Assembly: GCA_903889905.1 (NCBI GenBank)
Contig: CAISZI010000028.1
Span: forward strand, 4,156-68,155
Direction of reading: 5' to 3'
From: Candidatus Wirthbacteria bacterium
GTDB taxonomy: Bacteria; Patescibacteriota; CG2-30-54-11
Length of the DNA: 64,000 nt
Positions within the stretch are counted from its first letter, which is position 1. Each line of letters begins with the position of its first letter. A program made the position numbers and the translations under genes. Positions 41,384 through 51,700 of this stretch are shown here, piece by piece. The notes under the pieces were generated by a model. It had not been told where the DNA came from and did not search any database. It was given only the letters and a program-made list of their open reading frames with translations.

Positions 41384-42655
41384 TTATTTGACGATGTCTT
41401 TCATTGCCTGATCCATGACCTGATCCTGCTTGGCGTCATAAGCGGCCTGCGTCAATTTGATGACAGTGTCCGGTTTGATGCCAATATCCTGAATCCAGGT
41501 ACCGCTTGGGGTGTACCACTTATCGGTCACAACACGCACGGAGCCGGGCGCGGTGGAACCAGGGACATTAATCGAGAAAATTTCCTGAATCACGCCCTTG
41601 CCAAAGGTTTGTTCGCCATAAACTTTGGCGCGCTTGTGATCCTGCAGTGCGCCAGTTACCATTTCGGCTGCACTTGCAGTGCCACCATTGGTGAGCACGA
41701 GCATGGGAACGTCCAGCAGTTTGCCTTTGCCATCCACGGTCGAGACCTGTTTGTTGTCAGCGCCAAAATCCTGGGTGATCGAAATGCCGCTACGCACCAG
41801 GTCATTGATCACATGCTCGGCCGCGTCCACATACCCGCCCGGATTGTTGCGCAGGTCGAGGATCACGCCCTTGGGTTTCTTGCTGACCAAATCTTTGACG
41901 ACTGCGTCCCATTCCGCAATGGTATCGGCGGTGAAACTATGAATCGACAAGTCAAAAATTCCATTACCTTTGTCAGCCAGCTCCACGCTTTTGACATTGA
42001 TCACGGCGCGCGTCAGAGTTTTGTCAAACGTATCGAGCGTACCATCGTCCTTGATACGCTGGATCGACAGCGTCACTTTGGACCCGACATCGCCACGGAT
42101 TTTGGCAACCGCGTCAGTCACGGTGAGTTCCTGGACTGAAGCTCCGTCCACTTTCTTGATCACATCACCGGCCAGAATGCCAGCCAGGTCACCGGGAGTA
42201 CCATTGAGCGGAGCCACGACCATCAGTTCGCCATTGCGTTTTTCCAGTTCCAGTCCAACCCCGCCAAAATTCCCCTGCAAATCCTGCGTTGCCAGCGTAT
42301 TGATCGCCGGTGGCAAAAAGGTTGAGAACTGGTCATTAAAACCGTACTGCAGCATGCCATTGATGGCACCAAACATCAGCTTCTGCGGATCCCCCGGACG
42401 ATCGACGTGTTTGGCTTTGGCCAGATTGTAAACTTCCCAAAACAATCCCAGATATTTCTCCGCAGCTGGATCCGGGGTGGAATCCGTTGCTGTGATGGCC
42501 GTGCTGAGGGTATCCTTTAAACCTAATTTCGCCGTCTGCCCGGCAGCGAGACCAAACCACTCGGGGTCATAATGCCCAGCCAAAACGCCACTTAGAAACA
42601 AGCTGCAAGCAAGTCCTGCTGCCACAAATCCCAGTGCTAATTTACGTACGGACAT
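41384..42655 (-). CDS. S41A carboxy-terminal processing protease (CtpA-like) 1
   Basis: PDZ, DLRNNPGG, TASAAE, TFGKG. Confidence 0.93.
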   Translation of the reverse strand: MSVRKLALGFVAAGLACSLFLSGVLAGHYDPEWFGLAAGQTAKLGLKDTLSTAITATDSTPDPAAEKYLGLFWEVYNLAKAKHVDRPGDPQKLMFGAINGMLQYGFNDQFSTFLPPAINTLATQDLQGNFGGVGLELEKRNGELMVVAPLNGTPGDLAGILAGDVIKKVDGASVQELTVTDAVAKIRGDVGSKVTLSIQRIKDDGTLDTFDKTLTRAVINVKSVELADKGNGIFDLSIHSFTADTIAEWDAVVKDLVSKKPKGVILDLRNNPGGYVDAAEHVINDLVRSGISITQDFGADNKQVSTVDGKGKLLDVPMLVLTNGGTASAAEMVTGALQDHKRAKVYGEQTFGKGVIQEIFSINVPGSTAPGSVRVVTDKWYTPSGTWIQDIGIKPDTVIKLTQAAYDAKQDQVMDQAMKDIVK

Positions 42656-42780
42656 ACCTCGTCTCCTGCAAAATCTAACTTGTGAAAAAGTGAGCCAATC
42701 CTAGCCCATCGCTGCCCAAGCTGCAAGTCGGAAACCGCTAAAGCCCTCCATCACATTTCCCCCAACGCCCAACCCAACGG

Positions 42781-42955
42781 TCGTCGGGGAAGACTTTTTC
42801 TCCTGTCGCCACTCCTGAACCTGACACTCCAAGTGGCACCGCCAACCTCAGGTTGAAAATACATTAACATCAAAACACCCCGTGCAAGCGCTTCCACCCG
42901 TGAAATCAAAAACGGGCACCTGATTGGCGTCAGGAGAAAAAATCTTCCCCGACGA
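42781..42955. ncRNA. 175-nt element with ~31-bp terminal inverted repeat (6S-like RNA or MITE candidate)
   Basis: TCGTCGGGGAAGACTTTTTCTCCTGTCGCCA ... TGGCGTCAGGAGAAAAAATCTTCCCCGACGA. Confidence 0.4.
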
Positions 42956-42965
42956 ACAAGCTGCA

Positions 42966-44258
42966 CTATCTTCCAATCGCCTTGAGCAGTTCCAGCGCCT
43001 TCAAAACAACCGGATCCTGTGCCAAAGGCAGAGGCTGACTGGGCCGATCCAGCAAAAAGTCAGGTTGCAGGCCAAGTCCCGTAAGATCGCGCCCTTTGGG
43101 CGTAAACCATTTGGAGGTCACAAGCCGCACCGAAGCGTCATTGCTTTCCCCTGCGATCTGTACGTTAAAAATCTGTTGAATCACGCCTTTGCCAAATGTA
43201 CGTTCGCCCACCAGCGGCCCGCGGTCATAATCCTGCAGGGCCGCAGCCACCATTTCAGCCGCGCTCGCCGTACCGCGGTTCACCAACACAACGAGCGGCA
43301 AACCAAACCATTTGCCACTGCCAGACACTTCAAATTTCTTTTCCGTGCCGTCGTTGAACTTCTGGTCCAGCACCAGGCCGCTTTTAACAAATTCACTGAC
43401 AATATGCGGCGTATCGGTTACATAGCCACCGGCATTGTCACGCAAGTCCAGGATGATAGCTTTGGGCTTGGTGAGCTGAATTTCATTGACGATTTTGTCC
43501 CACTGATCCGGTGTATCCTGCGCCATGGTCGTAACCTGCACATAAACCACTTTGTTGGCGAGCCCTTGCCAGTAAACACTCGGGATATTTATCTGCTGCC
43601 GGGTAAGCGTGGCATCGATCACGACCGCACCCTGTTCACGGCCGTGCTGGTATTTGAGTTTGACCGTGGACCCGACCGCGCCACGCAGGGCACTGATTTC
43701 CTCAACGGATGACTTGCCATCCGTGGGCTGCTCCCCGATCTGCAAAATCACATCCCCGGCCAATAGGCCAGCTTTGTCCGCGGGTGAGCCGGGTGTCACG
43801 GAAGCAATCGTCAAGTAACCATTCAGTGTTTCCAATTCCACCCCAATCCCGCCAAAACTGCCATCCAGATTGGTCTGAGCGACATGATTGACAACCGGTG
43901 GCAAAAAAGATGAAAAGGGATCATTAAAACCAAACTGCAGCATGCCGTTGATCGCACCGTAAAGCAGCTCGTTAAACACGGGATGTGTTGTCAGCGAATT
44001 CATTTGCACTATTTTCCAGACATTGGCAAAGAGCGTGAAATTAATTTTATCAGTGGCCGCGAGACTCGACTGATTGGCCAGGTTCGCATTGTTCTGACTG
44101 GTCGCCGCTACATCAACCAGTACCCGTGGTGATTGCAAACCAAACAACGCCGGAAACTGATAACCGACCTCAATTCCAACGCCAAGCACAATCACGAAAG
44201 CCCCGCCCCAAAGCAATGCGAACAAGGGCAACCGCAAGCGTTTAAAAAGCTTTGTCAT
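42966..44258 (-). CDS. S41A protease 2
   Basis: PDZ, DLRDNAGG, TASAAE, TFGKG. Confidence 0.93.
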   Translation of the reverse strand: MTKLFKRLRLPLFALLWGGAFVIVLGVGIEVGYQFPALFGLQSPRVLVDVAATSQNNANLANQSSLAATDKINFTLFANVWKIVQMNSLTTHPVFNELLYGAINGMLQFGFNDPFSSFLPPVVNHVAQTNLDGSFGGIGVELETLNGYLTIASVTPGSPADKAGLLAGDVILQIGEQPTDGKSSVEEISALRGAVGSTVKLKYQHGREQGAVVIDATLTRQQINIPSVYWQGLANKVVYVQVTTMAQDTPDQWDKIVNEIQLTKPKAIILDLRDNAGGYVTDTPHIVSEFVKSGLVLDQKFNDGTEKKFEVSGSGKWFGLPLVVLVNRGTASAAEMVAAALQDYDRGPLVGERTFGKGVIQQIFNVQIAGESNDASVRLVTSKWFTPKGRDLTGLGLQPDFLLDRPSQPLPLAQDPVVLKALELLKAIGR

Positions 44259-45553
44259 GGCGTACCCCCGCTTGCCTGGTCGATTTTGGCACGCAACAGT
44301 TCTTTGGCCTTGAACATGACGGTATCCTTGTTTGCTGCCCAGTCAGCCGCGGTTGGCGTCACCACTGAATCCGGTGTCAGGCCCACCCCTTCTACGGATT
44401 TACCATTGGGTGTGTACCACTTCAGATGTTCGAGGCTGAGTACGGCTGGCGCAATTTCGCCCGGAATGGCAAACGTATAAAGCTGCTGGATCACACCTTT
44501 ACCAAAGGTATTGGTTCCAACCAGCGTTGCTCTGGCGTGATCCTGCAAAGCCGCTGCGACCATTTCGGCGGCGCTGGCGGTACCACGATTGACGAGTACG
44601 ACCACGGGGACGTCGGTTAATTTGCCATGCCTGGTTACCGACCAGTTTTTGCGGTCACCATTGCGGTCGGCCTGGGTAAACACCACCCCGGCCGGCACAA
44701 AGTCGCTGACCATGGGCACGACGGCTTGTGTTAGACCGCCGCCATTGCCACGCAAATCCAGAATAATACCTTTGAGGTCCTTGTTGGCAATGACGTTGAC
44801 AGTATTGCCCCATTGTTTCAGTGTCTGATCAGAAAAACGGTCCACGTTAATGTCATAAACGCCTTTTTCCAATTCGGTCCAATTCAACGTCTCGGTTTTG
44901 ACCGGCGCGCGTACCAGGTCGTAATCTTTTTCTACCCACTGGTTATTCTGCATGCGCAGAGTGACAATGTGGACCTTGCTGCTGACCTTGCCCAGCAGTT
45001 CCAGTTGTGCATCCATCAGTGACATCCCTTGTACCGATTTGCCACTTAAACTGACAATCAAATCCCCATCCTGGATGCCAGCGTTACCAGCGGGACCATC
45101 CGGAACGACATTGACGATCACCAGATCGCTGCTGCTCAGATCCATTTCAATGCCAATGTCTCCCACCGTGGTCGCCAGCTGGTCAAGTTGGTAAAAATCT
45201 TTTTCCGGCGGCAGAAAATACGAATATTTGTCTTTGAGGCCAAAGCGCAGCATCCCGTTGATCGCACCATAAATCATCTCCGTGGTGTTGGCCGGCGCGT
45301 CAAAGTGCTTGCTTTGGGCCAGTTCCCACACTTTCCAAAACAGGTCGAACGTCTGCGTTGGCTGCCTGTTTTTGGCCAGATAAATCAAATTGTCACTGCT
45401 GCCTCGCCCCAGACTCTGAAATTCCAGATTCCAATTCTTCAACCCGATTGTTTCCGGCCGCGCAAAACCCACATAAACACCCAGCCCAAAGGCGAGGCCC
45501 AGGCTGAGCACAACTGCAATCACAATCAACCGTTTGGTTTTGGGATGGGTCAT
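44255..45553 (-). CDS. S41A protease 3
   Basis: PDZ, DLRGNGGG, TASAAE, TFGKG. Confidence 0.93.
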   Translation of the reverse strand: MTHPKTKRLIVIAVVLSLGLAFGLGVYVGFARPETIGLKNWNLEFQSLGRGSSDNLIYLAKNRQPTQTFDLFWKVWELAQSKHFDAPANTTEMIYGAINGMLRFGLKDKYSYFLPPEKDFYQLDQLATTVGDIGIEMDLSSSDLVIVNVVPDGPAGNAGIQDGDLIVSLSGKSVQGMSLMDAQLELLGKVSSKVHIVTLRMQNNQWVEKDYDLVRAPVKTETLNWTELEKGVYDINVDRFSDQTLKQWGNTVNVIANKDLKGIILDLRGNGGGLTQAVVPMVSDFVPAGVVFTQADRNGDRKNWSVTRHGKLTDVPVVVLVNRGTASAAEMVAAALQDHARATLVGTNTFGKGVIQQLYTFAIPGEIAPAVLSLEHLKWYTPNGKSVEGVGLTPDSVVTPTAADWAANKDTVMFKAKELLRAKIDQASGGTP

Positions 45554-45629
45554 GAGCACTCAATAAAATACGCCACCCATGATAACCGCAAATGGTATTT
45601 AAGCCAATAAGGACCAACGTTATTGGTAT

Positions 45630-47750
45630 TCAATGCCACAGCATCAATTCACTTCCTGCCGCAACAATTTGTCTCCCCAAAACAGGCATTTCCGCCAGGC
45701 GCGGGAGCCAGGCCAAGGCAGCCGTTCGAGTTCGTTTTAGAAGTCGTACATCCAGCAATGATGCCATCTTGAGGTCTGGCATGCCGGATTGACGCGCCCC
45801 AAAGACTTCACCGGGGCCGCGCAATTTGAGGTCGGCTTCGGCCAGTTCAAAACCATTCTGGGTACGGGCAAACGCCGTGAGTCGCTCAGCAGATTCCGGA
45901 TTTTCACTTTCACTCAGGAGGAAGCAATACGATTGAGCCTGTCCGCGACCAACCCGTCCACGAAACTGGTGCAATTGCGACAAGCCAAAACGATCCGCAC
46001 CCTCGATCATCATCACGGTGGCGTTGGGAATATCCACACCAACTTCGACCACAGAGGTGCTCACCAGCACATCGAGTTCATGTCGCCGAAAAGCCTCAAT
46101 CACACCGTCTTTTTCCCTGGTTTTGAGCCGGCCATGCAGCAACCCGACTTTCCATTCACGCAATGGTCCGTTTTGCAAAAAAGCAAACGTTTCAGTCGCG
46201 GCCTTGACTTCGAGTGTCTCCGATTCATCGATCAACGGACAGACGACAAACGTCTGGTGGCCTTCCTGCAGTTGCTGAATGACAAAGGTGTAAGCCGAAG
46301 CGCGTTTGGGTTCCGGAACAATTTTAGTGACTATCGGTTTGCGACCTGCTGGCATTTCTTCTAAAATCGACAGATCCAAATCGCCATACAGTGCTAGCGC
46401 CAACGTTCGCGGAATTGGTGTCGCGGTCATCACCAGGACGTCGGGATTACCGCCTTTTTGGGTTAATTCCGTGCGTTGCATCACCCCAAAGCGGTGCTGC
46501 TCGTCGATCACGACCAGGGCCAAGCTGTCGAATTTCACTTCACCCCCGATCAAGGCATGGGTCCCGATCAGAACGTCAATCTGATGTGTTTTGATCAATT
46601 CCAGCATCTGCGTCCGTGGCACCCGCACGCAAGTCTCTTCCTCACTTTTTTCCAGCAAACCAAGCTGCACTCCAGTTTCCGGCAAGCCCGCCACCAGATT
46701 TTTGGTACCAGTAATCAATCCAATTTTAAATTTAAGCGGCAGTAATAACTTATTGAGTCCACGAAAATGCTGTTCAGCCAGGATTTCCGTTGGTGCCATC
46801 AATGCCGCCTGGTGGCCATTGGCTACGGTATTCACCAGCGCCGTCGCCGCAACGACCGTTTTACCCGACCCGACATCACCCTCCAACAGTCTTGCCATGG
46901 GGGCATCGGCGCAGATGGCTTGCAGAATTTCCCTGACCGCCACACGTTGCCCCTGGGTCAATTCAAATGGCAGTTGTGATTTAAATTCCGACAGTTTGCC
47001 GGTTTGGATCCGCTGGCCAAACGCTTTGCCTTTTAGTTCCCACTGCTGCCGCTGCCAGAGTGATTTGAGTTGCCAGATAAACAATTCTTCAAAACCCACA
47101 CGTTCTTTGGCGCGCTTCAAGTTGTCATTGGACGAGGGGAAATGTAATTCCTCGATCGCCGCCTGCATCCCGACCAGTTGTTCGGCAACGACAAGCGCAG
47201 ACGGCAGCCGCTCCACCAGCTGCGGTTTTACCAGATCCAGCGCCGTGCGGATTTTCTGCCGCAACCATTTGGAGGTCAATCCTTCGGTTTCGGCGTAAAT
47301 CGGGACAATGCGCCCGACGTGCAATGATGAACCATCCGGCGCCTTTTCCAGCACCTCAAAGGATGGATTGGAAAAACTGGTATACCCGCGATAAAGCTGT
47401 ACTTCGCCTGAAACCACGATTTCGGCGCCCTCCAGGAGCTGATCCTTGAGGTACATCTGATTGAACCAGGTCAGCCGCACCACGCCCGTACCATCAATCA
47501 AACTCGCCTGGATCATTTTGAGCCCACGGCGGCTGTCTGTCGCTTTGACCTGCCACAGCGTTCCACGCACAGTTTGCCGCGAACCCACCACCAGATCCCG
47601 CACCGGGACGGTCTGGCTGTAATCTTCGTAACGTCGCGGGAAATAAAAAACAAGATCGCCCACAGTGCTCAGCATGAGGCGATCTAATTTGGCTTTGAGC
47701 TTGGGCCCAACTCCATAAAGTTCAGAAACTGGTGACTTGAGTGTGATCAC
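45630..47750 (-). CDS. recG: ATP-dependent DNA helicase RecG
   Basis: GDVGSGKT, DEQHRFG, TATPIPRT, QFRGRVGRG. Confidence 0.97.
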   Translation of the reverse strand: MITLKSPVSELYGVGPKLKAKLDRLMLSTVGDLVFYFPRRYEDYSQTVPVRDLVVGSRQTVRGTLWQVKATDSRRGLKMIQASLIDGTGVVRLTWFNQMYLKDQLLEGAEIVVSGEVQLYRGYTSFSNPSFEVLEKAPDGSSLHVGRIVPIYAETEGLTSKWLRQKIRTALDLVKPQLVERLPSALVVAEQLVGMQAAIEELHFPSSNDNLKRAKERVGFEELFIWQLKSLWQRQQWELKGKAFGQRIQTGKLSEFKSQLPFELTQGQRVAVREILQAICADAPMARLLEGDVGSGKTVVAATALVNTVANGHQAALMAPTEILAEQHFRGLNKLLLPLKFKIGLITGTKNLVAGLPETGVQLGLLEKSEEETCVRVPRTQMLELIKTHQIDVLIGTHALIGGEVKFDSLALVVIDEQHRFGVMQRTELTQKGGNPDVLVMTATPIPRTLALALYGDLDLSILEEMPAGRKPIVTKIVPEPKRASAYTFVIQQLQEGHQTFVVCPLIDESETLEVKAATETFAFLQNGPLREWKVGLLHGRLKTREKDGVIEAFRRHELDVLVSTSVVEVGVDIPNATVMMIEGADRFGLSQLHQFRGRVGRGQAQSYCFLLSESENPESAERLTAFARTQNGFELAEADLKLRGPGEVFGARQSGMPDLKMASLLDVRLLKRTRTAALAWLPRLAEMPVLGRQIVAAGSELMLWH

Positions 47751-47783
47751 TTGAGTAGCAAATACAAACTAATCCAGACGTGT

Positions 47784-47897
47784 CTAACGCACAAAGGAGG
47801 CAGCAATCAAAGTCGAAAACATCGAAATGATCATCAAAACAGCCAGGGCAATCCAGACGGCTTTGTACTTTTTGCTAATTTTACGGGCTGATGACAT
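47784..47897 (-). CDS. Small membrane peptide (37 aa), absent from the ORF track
   Basis: GAGGA RBS then MSSARKISKKYKAVWIALAVLMIISMFSTLIAASFVR. Confidence 0.6.
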   Translation of the reverse strand: MSSARKISKKYKAVWIALAVLMIISMFSTLIAASFVR

Positions 47898-47929
47898 GAT
47901 GGGTTCCTCATTGCTTGACTAACTGCCAG

Positions 47930-48586
47930 CTAGATTATCATATTCGAAAGTTGCTTAAAAGCTTCGCCAATCCCAAGTGGAGACTTAAAAATAGCACTGG
48001 ACACCACAAACCAGTTCGCCCCTGCGGCACGTGCCGCAACAATCGTCTCCTCAGTAATCCCGATATCTACCATAATGTTGAGTCGATCCCCACCCATTTT
48101 CCGCAGCGCACGCACTTTATCAAATTGGGCAGGATCCAGCGGTCGTCCTGATTCCCCTACTTTACCGGTGGCGACAAGCACGACTTCCAGATCGTCCAGG
48201 TTGGCCTCAATTTCGCACAAATCCAGCGTTGGGGTATCAATGGCGATACCCGCCTTTTTGCCCGTCGCCCGAATCAAGGCAATATGCTTTGGAATATGGT
48301 CGACCGCTTCGGCGTGAAACGTAATAATATCGGCCCCGCATGCGGCAAACACAGGATAATGTCGTTCTGGATGGACGATCATCAGATGGGTGTCCATCGT
48401 GCCACGAAACAATCGACGGGCGCCGCTTATAACCTTTTCGCCATAGGTAATCTGTGGCACAAAACTGCCATCCATGATGTCCAGGTGCAAATGGGTGCAC
48501 CCCGCTGCCTGAAGCGCATGGATATCCTGTCCAAAAGCCATAAAATCCGCGGCCAGAATTGACGGACAGACCTGGTATTGAAGCAT
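47930..48586 (-). CDS. rpe: Ribulose-phosphate 3-epimerase
   Basis: PSILAADF, HLDIMDG.FVP, DTHLMI, ITFHAE. Confidence 0.92.
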   Translation of the reverse strand: MLQYQVCPSILAADFMAFGQDIHALQAAGCTHLHLDIMDGSFVPQITYGEKVISGARRLFRGTMDTHLMIVHPERHYPVFAACGADIITFHAEAVDHIPKHIALIRATGKKAGIAIDTPTLDLCEIEANLDDLEVVLVATGKVGESGRPLDPAQFDKVRALRKMGGDRLNIMVDIGITEETIVAARAAGANWFVVSSAIFKSPLGIGEAFKQLSNMII

Positions 48587-48732
48587 CCACGACTCCATGA
48601 TTAAATGGTTCAGCCAAACCATCATACTCAAATTCATACCAGTTTCCAACCAAAGTATGCTACTTTAGAAGCATACTTTGATGGCATACCTGAGGGCATC
48701 CTTGGGACAGGGTTGTTAATTTGGGGCAGCTT

Positions 48733-48741
48733 TGTTATAAT
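48733..48741 (+). promoter_or_regulatory. Extended -10 promoter of the second VirB6-like gene
   Basis: TGTTATAAT ~50 nt before the TTG start. Confidence 0.5.
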
Positions 48742-48790
48742 AAATAGAATTACTTTGGATAAAATCGTTTAACCTTAAGAAGTATTTCCT

Positions 48791-51700
48791 TTGCCACAAG
48801 CCAAACCAAAACCAAAACTGATTCTCTCGCTGCTCGCTGCCCTGCTGGTTGCGGTGGCTGTGCTTGGCTTCGCGCCTGCATCAAGTCATGCCGCCAATAG
48901 CCCCACCATTGAACCCAATGAAGGCTACGCCGGCATTCCGGTTTCGATCAACGCATCCGGTTTGGGTACGATTGTTGACAAGTACGATGACACCAAAATG
49001 TACGTTGAATTCGTCGACGCAATGGGCACCAAAACCAAAGCTACTGTCACCTATCCGGTAGCCCAAAACTGGAACGATACCAACGTCAATTTTACCGTTC
49101 CCAGCGGCCTTCCCAACAACGCCTATGATGTCTTTGTCGTGAGCAACGGCAACCGGATTGGCCCGCTGAAATTTCACATCATCGCCTATGCCACGCCCGC
49201 CAACGTCAATGGCACGCCGGATTATACATCCGACTACATCATCGCCAACACCCAGAGCATTAACGTGTCTGACGCCATTCGACAGATTGCCCAGGGCTTT
49301 CTGCTACCCAGCAAAGACACCATTATAGAATTGGGCAGCTACCTGCAGGATGCGCTGGTTTTGAAACTAGACCTGGGGTCCTCCGACACGGATGGCAGTG
49401 CTTACAAAAAACTGGAGCCCATCTGGTCAATCAGCCACAACCTCGTCAATAGTCTTTTTTTGCTGGCGATTGTCTTCATTGGCATCATGATCACTCTCCG
49501 CATGCAGAACCGCATCAACCGCTACTGGCTGCGCAACATTATCCCCCGTGGCATTCTGGCACTGGTGCTGATCAATCTCAGCCTGCTCCTGAGCCAGGCG
49601 CTGATGGATTTCTTTGTCATCTTTACCCATGTCATCCGTGATTCATTCTCCACCATGCCTTCGGGCCAGCAGTTTGCGACCGCTTTACTGGGTGATTTGC
49701 GCTTAAACATTTTCGTGCTCGCCATGCTGGCTTTTTATTTGCTCACCATTGCCCTGATGTCATGCGCCCTTGTAATGATGATCCTGCGTACTATTGCCAT
49801 CTGGCTGATGGTCGCGATCGCGCCTTTTGTCTTCATGGGCGTCTTGTTTCCATTTACGAGCCACGCGCCAATTGTCTGGTTGAAACGATTTATGCAAATG
49901 CTGCTGGTGGGTCCAATCGCAACCTTTTTACTATTTATTGGTTACCAACTGAGTATCTCGGTCAAAGCGGATTTTGAAAATGCCGACCTGATCCGGGCTT
50001 TTATTGGTATCGCCACCCTGACATTGCTGTTGTTTATTCCTTCGTTCATTGGCAGCATTTTTGACTATGTCCAAAAAGTTCTCCCAACGAACAAAAATAC
50101 CACCAATAATACCAGCACAACCACCAAAACCTCGAACCAGAACAATCAGGACAACTCTACCTCCATCAAGAATAAAATCGGGCTCCAGGATGGCAGCCTG
50201 GCCGACAAAATCCAGACCATCAAAATTCCGCTCACTGACCAGTTCCAAAAACGCTTCCAGTCGCTGATCAGCGGTAAACCAAACATCAGCACCCCAGCCG
50301 ATTCCGGCACGGCGGCAGTCAATTCCGCCGCATCAGACGCCAGACAGACCGCGACCAATGCCAGCACTGCAAGCTCCAGCGAAGCGACGACGACCGAACG
50401 CAAGCAAGGGCCCAGCCGCGACGACTCCGCCGGCAAACCCCAGATTGACCTGGACCGGGCCAAAGAACAGGCACGCGCCAAGAACAACGTATTGTTTGAC
50501 CAGGCCACCCCCAACAAACTGTTTGATACTGCACCACCGCAACTGGTGATTAACTGGCTGAACGACAAAGGCAAAATCAAAATCGTCAGCGCCGGGCTCG
50601 TGGCAAGCAAAGGCAACCTTGAAAACAACAAAGCCAACGCCATCATCGACAGCCAGCCTGGCAAACAGTTACTTTCCGACATGTATGGCAACGGCAGTAA
50701 AGACGAAAAAAATGCCTCATCGAATTTGATTTCCAATATCTTCCTGGCTTCACCGGACCGGATCAAAACGATCGTTGATGCAACCGGCAACAACGCGCCC
50801 CCGATCAAACAGGCTGCACAAACGGTACTCGAAGCTGGCATCGTTCGTCTGGGCCAACGCCTCCAGGAAAACCCAGGCGATGAAAAACTGCAGAAAGCTG
50901 CCGAACGCGTTGTCATGTCTGCGCCTCATCTGCTCAGTTCCACTCTGGCCAATGTTCCCGACCAGGGTCCTGTGCTAATCAATGCCGGCATTATGGAGCT
51001 GGCGGCAACGCTGGGTGCCACCCTGGCAAAACTGACGGACAGGATTTCACCCCGAGTGATGTTTGCAAACCCGACACCAGACTCCAAGGAATATTTCGAC
51101 GTCGGACAGCTGGCATCACAGATTGTCGTTTATCCCGCATTGCAACTTTCACGACTTGGAACCAGCCATGCCGGCGCCCAGTTCGTGGCCTCTGCCGCAC
51201 TGTCCAACACGCCGCAAAGCACTGAAGTCAAACAAAAACTCGTCGGTGAACTCGAGCAATCCCCCAGTAATATTTCGCTGCAAGCGATTGCCGCCGAAAT
51301 TTTCAAACACACTCCTCCTGCTGCGGTCGCTGCACTGCCTGTCCCCATTGCCACCGCTGCCCGTGAATATTTGAAGTCACCGGCCATGCAGCAAAAACCT
51401 GATCCGGAATTGATCCAGCAATACCTGACTGCGACCAGCGGTCCCGATCTGTTGCAGCACGAATCCCTGAGTGGCAATTTGCTCAAACAACTTAACCTGC
51501 CTGATTTGCTCAAACACATCGGCATTGAAAATCATGACAAAAACACACTTGAATTGCCCAGCAAAATCGTCATGGCTTCCCCGGTTGTCGAGTTGGTAGA
51601 AAAACAAAAAGATTTATTTAATGAATCCCAAAAAACACTTCCCTATCTTGAACCCCAGAATCCCGCACTGGCAGCTGCGACAGCGGTCAAACTGGTCGCC

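Noticed and set aside
42751-42966. 71-aa ORF between the S41 genes
   Set aside because: Coincides with the inverted-repeat element and has no protein-like features
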